From: Eledone cirrhosa
Lineage: Eukaryota
Direction: 5' to 3'
Length of the DNA: 64,000 nt
Assembly: GCA_964016885.1 (NCBI GenBank)
Contig: OZ024754.1
Coordinates: forward strand, 20,894,001-20,958,000
The notes below the pieces were generated by a model. The model was given only the letters and a program-made list of their open reading frames with translations. It was not told the origin of the DNA and did not search any database. The position numbers and the translations under genes were made by a program. Below are positions 46,171 through 60,325 of the stretch, one piece after another (the first letter of the stretch is position 1; every line of letters starts with the position of its first letter).

Positions 46171-46839
46171 CTCCCTCCCATATTCCTGTTGGTATTAACA
46201 TAGGGACTCCCACCCATATTAGCCTTGGTATTAACATAGGGACTCCCTCCTATATTAGCCTTGGTATTAACATAGGGACTCCCTCCCATATTAGCCTTGG
46301 TATTAACATAGACTCCCGCACATATTAGCCTTGGTATTTACATAGACTTCCTCCCATATTACCCTTGGTATTAACATAGACTCCCTCCCATATTACCCTT
46401 GGTATTAACATAGGGACTCCCTCCCATATTACCCTTGGTATTAACATAGGGCCTCCCTCCCATATTACCCTTGGTATTAACATGGACTCCCTCCCATATT
46501 AGCCTTATTAACATAGGGACTCCCTCCCATATTACCCTTGGTATTAACATAGACACCCTCCCATATTACCCTTGGTATTACCATAGGGACTCCCTCCCAT
46601 ATTACCCTTGGTATTAACATAGACTCCCTCCCATATTACCCTTGGTACTAACATAGGGACTCCCTCCTATATTACCCTTAGTATTAACATAGACTCCCTC
46701 CCATATTACCCTTGGTATTAACATAGACTCCTCCCATATTACCCTTGGTATTAACATAGACTCCCTCCCATATTAGCCTTGGTATTAACATAGAGACTCC
46801 CCACCCCCATATTACCCTTGGTATTAAAATAGACTCCCT

Positions 46840-48920
46840 CCCATATTACCCTTGGTATTAACATAGAGACGCCCTCCCATATTACCCTTAGTATTAACAT
46901 AGAGACGCTCTCCCATATTACCCTTGGTATTAACATAGACTCCCTCCCATGTTACCCTTGGTATTAACATAGACTCCCTCCCATATTACCCTTGGTATTA
47001 ACATAGAGACTCCCTCCCATATTAACATTGGTATTAACATAGACTCCCTCCCATATTACCCATGGTATTAACATAGACTCCCTCCCATATTAGACTTGGT
47101 ATTAACATAGACTCCCTCACATGTTACCCTTGGTATTAAAATAGACTCCCTCCCATATTACCCTTGGTATTAACATAGACTCCCTCCCATATCAGCCTTG
47201 GTATTAATATAGAGACTCCGCCCCCCCCCATATTACCCTTGGTATTAACATAGACTCTCTCCCATATTAGCCTTGGTATTAACAAAGACTCCCTCACCTA
47301 TTACCCTTGGTATTAACATAGACTCCCTCCCATATTACCCTTGGTATTAACATTGACTCCCTCACATATTACCCTTGGTATTAACATAGACTCCCTCCCA
47401 TATTACCCTTGGTATTAACATAGGGACTCCCTCCCTTATTACCCTTGGTATTAACATAGGGACTCCATCCAATATTACCTTTGGTATTAACATAGACTCC
47501 CTCCCATATTACCCTTGGTATTAACATAGACTCCCTCCCATGTTAGCCTTGGTATTAACATAGACTCCCTCCCATATTAGCCTTGGTATTAACATAGACT
47601 CCCTCCCATATTAGCCTTGGTATTAACATAGACTCCCTCCCATATTACCCTTGGTATTAACATAGACTCCCTCCCATATCAGCCTTGGTATTAATATAGA
47701 GACTCCGCCCCCCCTCCATATTACCCTTGGTATTAACATAGACTCTCTCCCATATTAGCCTTGGTATTAACAAAGACTCCCTCACCTATTACCCTTGGTA
47801 TTAACATAGACTCCCTCCCATATTACCCTTGGTGTTAACATTGACTCCCTCACATATTACCCTTGGTATTAACATAGACAACCTCCCATATTACCCTTGG
47901 TATTAACATAGGGACTCCCTCCCTTATTACCCTTGGTATTACCATAGGGACTCCATCCAATATTACCTTTGGTATTAACATAGACTCCCTCCCATATTAC
48001 CCTTGGTATATACATAGACTCCCTCCCATGTTAGCCTTGGTATTAACATAGACTCCCTCCCATATTAGCCTTGGTATTAACATAGACTCCCTCCCATATT
48101 AGGCTTGGTATTAACATAGATTCCCTCACATGTTACCCTTGGTATTAAAATAGACTCCCTCCCATATTACCCTTGGTATTAACATAGAGACGCCCTCCCA
48201 TATTACCCTTAGTATTAACATAGAGACGCTCTCCCATATTACCCTTGGTATTAACATAGACTCCCTCCCATGTTACCCTTGGTATTAACATAGACTCCCT
48301 CCCATATTACCCTTGGTATTAACATAGAGACTCCCTCCCATATTAACATTGGTATTAACATAGACTCCCTCCCATATTACCCATGGTATTAACATAGACT
48401 CCCTCCCATATTAGACTTGGTATTAACATAGACTCCCTCACATGTTACCCTTGGTATTAAAATAGACTCCCTCCCATATTACCCTTGGTATTAACATAGA
48501 CTCCCTCCCATATCAGCCTTGGTATTAATGTAGAGACTCCGCCCCCCCCCCCCATATTACCCTTGGTATTAACATAGACTCTCTCCCATATTAGCCTTGG
48601 TATTAACAAAGACTCCCTCACCTATTACCCTTGGTATTAACATAGACTCCCTCCCATATTACCCTTGGTATTAACATTGACTCCCTCACATATTACCCTT
48701 GGTATTAACATAGACTCCCTCCCATATTACCCTTGGTATTAATATAGGGACTCCATCCAATATTACCGTTGGTATTAACATAGACTCCCTCCCATATTAC
48801 CATTGGTATTAACATAGACTCCCTCCCATGTTAGCCTTGGTATTAACGTAGACTCCCTCCCATATTAGCCTTGGTATTAACATAGACTCCCTCCCATATT
48901 AGCCTTGGTATTAACATAGA
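46840..48920. repeat. Nested local duplications, offsets 488 and ~1321-1324 bp
   Basis: Private CCCTCACCTATT at 47291, 47779 and 48615. AGAGACGCTC at 46901/48222. Confidence 0.8.
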
Positions 48921-50359
48921 CTCCCTCCCATATTAGCCTTAGTATTAACATAGACTCCCTCCATTATTACCCTTGGTATTAACATAGACTCCCTCCCATA
49001 TTAGCCTTGGTATTAACATAGACTCCCTCCCATATTACCCTTGGTATTAACATAGGGACTCCCTCCCATATTACCCTTGGTATTAACATAGGGCCTCCCT
49101 CCCATTTTACCCTTGGTATTAACATGGACTCCCTCCCATATTAGCCTTATTAACATAGGGACTCCCTCCCATATTTCCCTTGGTATTAACATAGAGACAC
49201 CCCACCCCCATATTACCCTTGGTATTAATATAGACTCCCTCCCATATTACCCTTGGTATTAACATAGAGACGCCATCCCATATTACCCTTGGTATTAACA
49301 TAGACTCCCTCCCATATTACCCTTGGTATTAACATAGACTCCCTCCCATATTACCCTTGGTATTAACATAGAGACTCCCTCCCATATTAACATTGGCATT
49401 AACATAGACTCCCTCCCATATTACCCATGGTATTAACATAGACTCCCTCCCATATTAGACTTGGTATTAACATAGACTCCCTCCCATATTACCCTTGGTA
49501 TTAACATAGACTGCCTCCCATATTACCCTTGGTATTAACATAGACTCCCTCCCATATTAGCCTTGGTATTAATATAGAGACTCCGCCCCCCCCCCATATT
49601 ACCCTTGGTATTAACACAGACTCCCTCCCATATTAGCCTTGGTATTACCATAGACTCCCTCACATATTACCCTTGGTATTAACATAGACTCCCTCCCATA
49701 TTACCCTTGGTATTAACATTGACTCCCTCACATATTACCCTTGGTATTAACATAGGGACTCCCTCCCATATTACCCTTGGTATTAACATAGACTCCCTCA
49801 CATATTACCCTTGGTGTTAACATAGGGACTCCCTCCCATATTAGCCTTGGTATTAACATAGACTCCCGCCCATATTAGCCTTGGTATTTACATAGACTCC
49901 CTCCCATATTACCCTTGGTATTAACATACACTCCCTCCCATATTACCCTTGGTATTAACATAGGGACTCCCTCCCATATTAGACTTGGTAATAATATAGA
50001 CTCCCTCCCATATTACCCTTGGTATTAACATAGACTCACTCCCATATTACCCTTGGTATTAACATAGACTCCCTCCCATGTTAGCCTTGGTATTAACATA
50101 GACTCCCTCCCATATTAGCCTTGGTATTAACATAGACTCCCTCCCATATTAGCCTTGGTATTAACATAGACTCCCTCCCATATTAGCCTTGGTATTAACA
50201 TAGACTACCTCCCATATTACCCTTGGTATTAACATAGACTCCCTCCCATATTACCCTTGGTATTAACATAGGGACTCCCTCCCATATTACACTTGGTATT
50301 AACATAGGGACTCCCTCCCATATTACCCTTGGTATTAACATAGACTCCCTCCCATATTA

Positions 50360-53300
50360 CCCTTGGTATTAACATAGACACCCTCCCATATTACCCTTGG
50401 TATTAACATAGACTCCCTCCCATATTAGCCTTGGTATTAACATAGAGACTCCCTCCTATATTACCCTTAGTATTCACATAGACTCCCTCCCATATTACCC
50501 TTGGTATCACCATAGACTCCCTCCCATATTAGCCTTAGTATTAACATAGACTCCCTCCCATATTAGCCTTGGTATTAACATAGACTCCCTCCCATATTAG
50601 CCTTGGTATTAACATAGACTCCCTCCCATATTACCCTTGGTATTAACATAGGGACTCCCTCCCATATTACCCTTGGTATTAACATAGGGCCTCCCTCCCA
50701 TATTACCCTTGGTATTAACATGGACTCCCTCCCATATTAGCCTTATTAACATAGGGACTCCCTCCCATATTACCCTTGGTATTAACATAGACACCCTCCC
50801 ATATTACCCTTGGTATTATCATAGGGACTCCCTCCCATATTACCCTTGGTATTAACATAGACTCCCTCCCATATTAGCCTTGGTATTAACATAGACTCCC
50901 TTCCATATTAGCCTTGGTATTTACATAGACTCCCTCCCATATTACCCTTGGTATTAACATAGACTCCCTCCCATGTTAGCCTTGGTATTAACATAGACTC
51001 CCTGCCATATTAGCCTTGGTATTAACATAGACTCCCTCCCATATTAGCCTTGGTATTAACATAGACTCCCTCCCATATTAGCCTTGGTATTAACATAGAC
51101 TCCCTCCCATATTACTCTTGGTATTAACATAGACCCCCTTCCATATTACCCTTGGTATTAACATAGGGACTCCCTCTCATATTACCCTTGGTATTAACAT
51201 AGGGACTCTCTCCCATATTAGCCTTGGTATTAAGATAGACTCCCTCCCATATTACCCTTGGTATTAACATAGACTCCCTCCCATATTAGCCTTGGTATTA
51301 ACATAGGGACTCCCTCCTATATTACCCTTAGTATTAACATAGACTCCCTCCTATATTACCCTTAGTATTAACATAGACTCCCTCCCATATTAGCCTTGGT
51401 ATTAACATAGACTCCTTCCCATATTACCCTTGGTATTAACATAGACTCCCTCCCATATTACCCTTGGTATTAACATAGACTCCCTCCCATATTACCCTTG
51501 CTATTAACATAGGGACTCCCTCCCATATTACCCTTGGTATTAACATAGGGACTCCCTCCCATATTGCCCTTGGTATTAACATAGACTCCATCCCATATTA
51601 CCCTTGGTATTATCATAGGGACTCCCTCCCATATTACCCTTGGTATTAACATAGACTCCCTCCCATATTACCCTTGGTATTAACATAGACACCCTCCCAT
51701 ATTACCCTTGGTATTATCATATGGACACCCTCCCATATTACCCTTGGTATTAACATAGACTCCCTCCCATATTACCCTTGGTATTAACATAGACTCCCTC
51801 CCATATTAGCCTTTGTATTATCATATGGACACCCTCCCATATTACCCTTGGTATTAACATAGACTCCCTCCCATATTACCCTTGGTATTAACATGCACTC
51901 CCTTCTATATCAGACGTGGTATTAACATAGGGACTCCCTCCCATATTACACTTGGTATTAATATAGAGACTCCCTCCCATATTACCCTTGGAATTAACAT
52001 AGACTCCCTCCCATATTAGACTTGGTATTAATATAGAGACTCCCTCCCATGTTACCCTTGGTATTAACATAGACTCCCTCCCATATTAGACTTGGTATTA
52101 ATATAGAGACTCCCTCCCATATTACCCTTGGTATTAACATAGAATACCTCGCATATTACCCTTGGTATTAATATAGAGACTCCCTCCCATATTACCCTTG
52201 GTATTAACATAGGGACTCCCTACCATATTACCCTTGGTATTAACATAGAGACTCCGTCCCGTATTACCCTTGGTGTTAACATAGACTCACTCCCATATTA
52301 CCCTTGGTATTAACATAGGGACTCCCTCCCATATTACCCTTGGTATTAACATAGGGACTCCCTCCCATATTACCCTTGGTAATAACATAGACTCCCTCAC
52401 ATATTACCCTTGGTGTTAACATAGACTCCCTCCCATATTCCCGTTGGTATTAACATAGGGACTCCCTCCCATATTAGCCTTGGTATTAACATAGGGACTC
52501 CCTCCCATATTAGCCTTGGTATTAACATAGACTCCCTCCCATATTACCCTTGGTATTAACATAGGGACTCCCTCCCATATTACCCTTGGTATTAACATAG
52601 GGACTCCCTCCCATATTACCCTTGGTATTAACATAGACTCCCTCCCATATTACCCTTGGTATTAACATAGACTCCCTCCCATATTAGCCTTATTAACATA
52701 GGGACTCCCTCCCATATTACCCTTGGTATCAACATAGACTCCCTCCCATATTAGCCTTCGTGTTAACATAGTGACTCCCTCCCATATTACCCTTGGTATT
52801 AACATAGGGACTCCCTCCCATATTAGACTTGGTGTTAACATAGACTCCCGCCCATATTACCCTGGTATTATCATAGGGACTCCCTCCCATATTACCCTTT
52901 GGTATTAACATAGACTCCCTCCCATATTACCCTTGGTATTAACATAGACTCCCTCCCATATTACTCTTGGTACTAACATAGACTCCCTCCCATATTACCC
53001 TTGGTATTAACATAGGGACTCCCTCCTATATTAGATTTGGTATTAACATAGACACCCTCCCATATTACCCTTGGTATTAACATAGACTCCCTCCCATATT
53101 AGCCTTGGTATTAACATAGGGACTCCCTCCTATATTACCCTTAGTATTCACATAGACTCCCTCCCATATTACCCTTGGTATCACCATAGACTCCCTCCCA
53201 TATTAGCCTTAGTATTAACATAGACTCCCTCCCATATTAGCCTTGGTATTAACATAGACTCCCTCCCATATTAGCCTTGGTATTAACATAGACTCCCTCC

Positions 53301-56160
53301 CATATTACCCTTGGTATTAACATAGGGACTCCCTCCCATATTACCCTTGGTATTAACATAGGGCCTCCCTCCCATATTACCCTTGGTATTAACATGGACT
53401 CCCTCCCATATTAGCCTTATTAACATAGGGACTCCCTCCCATATTACCCTTGGTATTAACATAGACACCCTCCCATATTACCCTTGGTATTATCATAGGG
53501 ACTCCCTCCCATATTACCCTTGGTATTAACATAGACTCCCTCCCATATTACCCTTGGTATTAACATAGGGACTCCCTCCCATATTAGCCTTGGTATTAAC
53601 ATAGACTCCCTTCCATATTAGCCTTCGTATTTACATAGACTCCCTCCCATATTACCCTTGGTATTAACATAGACTCCCTCCCATGTTAGCCTTGGTATTA
53701 ACATAGACTCCCTGCCATATTAGCCTTGGTATTAACATAGACTCCCTCCCATATTAGCCTTGGTATTAACATAGACTCCCTCCCATATTAGCCTTGGTAT
53801 TAACATAGACTCCCTCCCATATTACTCTTGGTATTAACATAGACCCCCTTCCATATTACCCTTGGTATTAACATAGGGACTCCCTCTCATATTACCCTTG
53901 GTATTAACATAGGGACTCTCTCCCATATTAGCCTTGGTATTAAGATAGACTCCCTCCCATATTACCCTTGGTATTAACATAGACTCCCTCCCATATTAGC
54001 CTTGGTATTAACATAGGGACTCCCTCCTATATTACCCTTAGTATTAACATAGACTCCCTCCTATATTACCCTTAGTATTAACATAGACTCCCTCCCATAT
54101 TACCCTTGGTATTAACATAGACTCCCTCCCATGTTAGCCTTGGTATTAACATAGACTCCCTCCCATATTAGCCTTGGTATTAACATAGACTCCCTCCCAT
54201 ATTAGCCTTGGTATTAACATAGACTCCCTCCCATATTACTCTTGGTATTAACATAGACCCCCTTCCATATTACCCTTGGTATTAACATAGGGACTCCCTC
54301 TCATATTACCCTTGGTATTAACATAGGGACTCTCTCCCATATTAGCCTTGGTATTAAGATAGACTCCCTCCCATATTACCCTTGGTATTAACAAAGACTC
54401 CCTCCCATATTAGCTTTGGTATTAACATAGGGACTCCCTCCTATATTACCCTTAGTATTAACATAGACTCCCTCCTATATTACCCTTAGTATTAACATAG
54501 ACTCCCTCCCATATTACCCTTGGTATTAACATAGACTCCCTCCCATGTTAGCCTTGGTATTAACATAGACTCCCTCCCATATTAGCCTTGGTATTAACAT
54601 AGACTCCCTCCCATATTAGCCTTGGTATTAACATAGACTCCCTCCCATATTAGCCTTAGTATTAACATAGACTCCTTCCCATATTACCCTTGGTATTAAC
54701 ATAGACTCCCTCCCATATTACCCTTGGTATTAACATAGACTCCCTCCCATATTACCCTTGCTATTAACATAGGGACTCCCTCCCATATTACCCTTGGTAT
54801 TAACATAGGGACTCCCTCCCATATTGCCCTTGGTATTAACATAGACTCCCTCCCATATTACCCTTGGTATTATCATAGGGACTCCCTCCCATATTACCCT
54901 TGGTATTAACATAGACTCCCTCCCATATTACCCTTGGTATTAACATAGACACCCTCCCATATTACCCTTGGTATTATCATATGGACACCCTCCCATATTA
55001 CCCTTGGTATTAACATAGACTCCCTCCCATATTACCCTTGGTATTAACATAGACTCCCTCCCATATTAGCCTTTGTATTATCATATGGACACCCTCCCAT
55101 ATTACCCTTGGTATTAACATAGACTCCCTCCCATATTACCCTTGGTATTAACATGCACTCCCTTCTATATCAGACGTGGTATTAACATAGGGACTCCCTC
55201 CCATATTACACTTGGTATTAATATAGAGACTCCCTCCCATATTACCCTTGGAATTAACATAGACTCCCTCCCATATTAGACTTGGTATTAATATAGAGAC
55301 TCCCTCCCATGTTACCCTTGGTATTAACATAGACTCCCTCCCATATTAGACTTGGTATTAATATAGAGACTCCCTCCCATATTACCCTTGGTATTAACAT
55401 AGAATACCTCGCATATTACCCTTGGTATTAATATAGAGACTCCCTCCCATATTACCCTTGGTATTAACATAGGGACTCCCTACCATATTACCCTTGGTAT
55501 TAACATAGAGACTCCGTCCCGTATTACCCTTGGTATTAACATAGACTCACTCCCATATTACCCTTGGTATTAACATAGGGACTCCCTCCCATATTACCCT
55601 TGGTATTAACATAGGGACTCCCTCCCATATTACCCTTGGTAATAACATAGACTCCCTCACATATTACCCTTGGTGTTAACATAGACTCCCTCCCATATTC
55701 CCGTTGGTATTAACATAGGGACTCCCTCCCATATTAGCCTTGGTATTAACATAGGGACTCCCTCCCATATTAGCCTTGGTATTAACATAGACTCCCTCCC
55801 ATATTACCCTTGGTATTAACATAGGGACTCCCTCCCATATTACCCTTGGTATTAACATAGGGACTCCCTCCCATATTACCCTTGGTATTATCATAGACTC
55901 CCTCCCATATTACCCTTGGTATTAACATAGACTCCCTCCCATATTAGCCTTATTAACATAGGGACTCCCTCCCATATTACCCTTGGTATCAACATAGACT
56001 CCCTCCCATATTAGCCTTCGTGTTAACATAGTGACTCCCTCCCATATTACCCTTGGTATTAACATAGGGACTCCCTCCCATATTAGACTTGGTGTTAACA
56101 TAGACTCCCGCCCATATTACCCTGGTATTATCATAGGGACTTCCTCCCATATTACCCTTG
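50360..56160. repeat. Tandem duplication; offset grows from 2674 to 3260 bp through internal expansion, including a 414-bp (12-monomer) duplication
   Basis: ORFs 50609/53283 have offset 2674; 51470/54730, 51888/55148, 52416/55676 and 52729/55989 have offset 3260. ATTACTCTTGG..AGACCCCCTT occurs at 51111, 53821 and 54235. Confidence 0.9.
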
Positions 56161-59100
56161 GTATTAACATAGACTCCTCCCATATTACCCTTGGTATTAA
56201 CATAGACTCCCTCCCATATTAGCCTTGGTATTAACATAGAGACTCCCCACCCCCATATTAACCTTGGTATTAATATAGACTCCCTCCCATATTACCCTTG
56301 GTATTAACATAGAGACGCCCTCCCATATTACCCTTAGTATTAACATAGAGACGCTCTCCCATATTACCCTAGGTATTAACATAGACTCCCTCCCATATTA
56401 CCCTTGGTATTAACATAGACTCCCTCCCATATTACCCTTGGTATTAACATAGACTCCCTCCCATATTACCCTTGGTATTAACATAGAGACTCCCTCCCAT
56501 ATTAACATTGGTATTAACATAGACTCCCTCCCATATTACCCATGGTATTAACATAGACTCCCTCACATATTACCCTTGGTATTAACATAGACTCCCTCTC
56601 ATATCAGCCTTGGTATTAATATAGAGACTCCGCCCCCCCATATTACCCTTGGTATTAACATAGACTCTCTCCCATATTAGCCTTGGTATTAACATAGACT
56701 CCCTCACATATTACCCTTGGTATTAACATAGACTCCCTCCCATATTACCCTTGGTATTAACATTGACTCCCTCACATATTACCCTTGGTATTAACATAGA
56801 CTCCCTCCCATATTACCCTTGGTATTAACATAGGGACTCCCTACCATATTACCCTTGGTATTAACATAGGGACTCCCTCCAATATTACCCTTGGTATTAA
56901 CATAGACTCACTCCCATATTACCCTTGGTATTAACATAGACTCCCTCTCATATCAGCCTTGGTATTAATATAGAGACTCCGTCCCCCATATTACCCTTGG
57001 TATTAACATAGACTCTCTCCCATATTAGCCTTGGTATTAACATAGACTCCCTCACATATTACCCTTGGTATTAACATAGACTCCCTCCCATATTACCCTT
57101 GGTATTAACATAGGGACTCCCTCCCATATTAGACTTGGTGTTAACATAGACTCCCGCCCATATTACCCTGGTATTATCATAGGGACTCCCTCCCATATTA
57201 CCCTTGGTATTAACATAGACTCCTCCCATATTACCCTTGGTATTAACATAGACTCCCTCCCATATTAGCCTTGGTATTAACATAGAGACTCCCCACCCCC
57301 ATATTAACCTTGGTATTAATATAGACTCCCTCCCATATTACCCTTGGTATTAACATAGAGACGCCCTCCCATATTACCCTTAGTATTAACATAGAGACGC
57401 TCTCCCATATTACCCTAGGTATTAACATAGACTCCCTCCCATATTACCCTTGGTATTAACATAGACTCCCTCCCATATTACCCTTGGTATTAACATAGAC
57501 TCCCTCCCATATTACCCTTGGTATTAACATAGAGACTCCCTCCCATATTAACATTGGTATTAACATAGACTCCCTCCCATATTACCCATGGTATTAACAT
57601 AGACTCCCTCACATATTACCCTTGGTATTAACATAGACTCCCTCTCATATCAGCCTTGGTATTAATATAGAGACTCCGCCCCCCCATATTACCCTTGGTA
57701 TTAACATAGACTCTCTCCCATATTAGCCTTGGTATTAACATAGACTCCCTCACATATTACCCTTGGTATTAACATAGACTCCCTCCCATATTACCCTTGG
57801 TATTAACATTGACTCCCTCACATATTACCCTTGGTATTAACATAGACTCCCTCCCATATTACCCTTGGTATTAACATAGGGACTCCCTACCATATTACCC
57901 TTGGTATTAACATAGGGACTCCCTCCAATATTACCCTTGGTATTAACATAGACTCACTCCCATATTACCCTTGGTATTAACATAGACTCCCTCTCATATC
58001 AGCCTTGGTATTAATATAGAGACTCCGTCCCCCATATTACCCTTGGTATTAACATAGACTCTCTCCCATATTAGCCTTGGTATTAACATAGACTCCCTCA
58101 CATATTACCCTTGGTATTAACATAGACTCCCTCCCATATTACCCTTGGTATTAACATTGACTCCCTCACATATTACCCTTGGTATTAACATAGACTCCCT
58201 CCCATATTACCCTTGGTATTAACATTGACTCCCTCACATATTACCCTTGGTATTAACATGGACTCCCTCCCATATTAGCCTTATTAACATAGGGACTCCC
58301 TCCCATATTACCCTAGGTATTAACATAGACACCCTCCCATATTACCCTTGGTATTATCATAGGGACTCCCTCCCATATTAGACTTGGTGTTAACATAGAC
58401 TCCCGCCCATATTACCCTGGTATTATCATAGGGACTCCCTCCCATATTACCCTTTGGTATTAACATAGACTCCCTCCCATATTACCCTTGGTATTAACAT
58501 AGACTCCCTCCCATATTACCCTTGGTACTAACATAGACTCCCTCCCATATTACCCTTGGTATTAACATAGGGACTCCCTCCTATATTAGATTTGGTATTA
58601 ACATAGACTCCCTCCCATATTACCCTTGGTATTAACATGCACTCCCTTCTATATTAGTCGTGGTATTAACATAGGGACTCGCTCCCATATTACCCTTGGT
58701 ATTAACATAGGGACTCCCTCCCATATTAGACTTGGTATTAACATAGATTCCCTCCCATATTAGAATTGGTATTAACATAGACTCCCTCCCATATAACCTT
58801 TGGTATTAACATAGGGACTGCCTCACATATTACCCTTGGTATTAACATAGACTCCCGCCCATATTACCCTGGGTATTAATATAGAGACTCCCTCCCATAC
58901 TAACCTTGGTATTAACATAGACTCCCTCCCATATTACCCTTGGTATTAACATAGACTCCCTCCCATATTACCCTTGGTATTAACATAGACTCCCTCCCAT
59001 ATTACCCTTGGTATTAACATAGACTCCCTCCCATACTACCCTTGGTAGTAACATAGGGACTCCCTCCCGTATTAGCCATGGTATTAACATAGACTCCCTC

Positions 59101-60325
59101 CCATATTACCCTTGGTATTAACATAGGGACTCCCTGCCATATTACCCTTTGTATTAACATAGACTCCCTCCCATATTAACCTTGGTATTAACATAGACTC
59201 CTCCCATATTACCCTTGGTATTAACATAGACTCCCTCCCATATTAGCCTTGGTATTAACATAGAGACTCCCCACCCCCATATTACCCTTGGTATTAATAT
59301 AGACTCCCTCCCATATTACCCTTGGTATTAACATAGAGACGCCCTCCCATATTACCCTTAGTATTAACATAGAGACGCTCTCCCATATTACCCTAGGTAT
59401 TAACATAGACTCCCTCCCATATTACCCATGGTATTAACATAGACTCCCTCCCATATTACCCTTGGTATTAACATAGACTCCCTCCCATATTACCCTTGGT
59501 ATTAACATAGAGACTCCCTCCCATATTAACATTGGTATTAACATAGACTCCCTCCCATAATACCCATGGTATTAACATAGACTCCCTCACATATTACCCT
59601 TGGTATTAACATAGACTCCCTCTCATATCAGCCTTGGTATTAATATAGAGACTCCGCCCCCCCATATTACCCTTGGTATTAACATAGACTCTCTCCCATA
59701 TTAGCCTTGGTATTAACATAGACTCCCTCACATATTACCCTTGGTATTAACATAGACTCCCTCCCATATTACCCTTGGTATTAACATTGACTCCCTCACA
59801 TATTACCCTTGGTATTAACATAGACTCCCTCCCATATTACCCTTGGTATTAACATAGGGACTCCCTACCATATTACCCTTGGTATTAACATAGGGACTCC
59901 CTCCAATATTACCCTTGGTATTAACATAGACTCACTCCCATATTACCCTTGGTATTAACATAGACTCCCTCTCATATCAGCCTTGGTATTAATATAGAGA
60001 CTCCGTCCCCCATATTACCCTTGGTATTAACATAGACTCTCTCCCATATTAGCCTTGGTATTAACATAGACTCCCTCACATATTACCCTTGGTATTAACA
60101 TAGACTCCCTCCCATATTACCCTTGGTATTAACATTGACTCCCTCACATATTACCCTTGGTATTAACATAGACTCCCTCTCATATTACCCTTGGTATTAA
60201 CATTGACTCCCTCACATATTACCCTTGGTATTAACATGGACTCCCTCCCATATTAGCCTTATTAACATAGGGACTCCCTCCCATATTACCCTAGGTATTA
60301 ACATAGACACCCTCCCATATTAGAC
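56040..60325. repeat. Three copies of a ~1 kb block (offsets 1046 and 1978 bp)
   Basis: ORFs at 56197/57243/59221. AGACTTGGTGTTAAC at 56085/57131. CCCTAGGTATTAACATAGACACC at 58311/60289. CTCCGTCCCCC near 56977, 58023 and 60001. Confidence 0.88.

Noticed and set aside
44188-49301. Identical ORFs at 44188 and 49119, again offset 4931, suggesting a 4931-bp master period
   Set aside because: Flanking markers differ (CCGCCCGCCC at 44652 vs a CCG(C)10 run at 49583, and a different downstream monomer order). Most likely a coincidence between two cassette copies.
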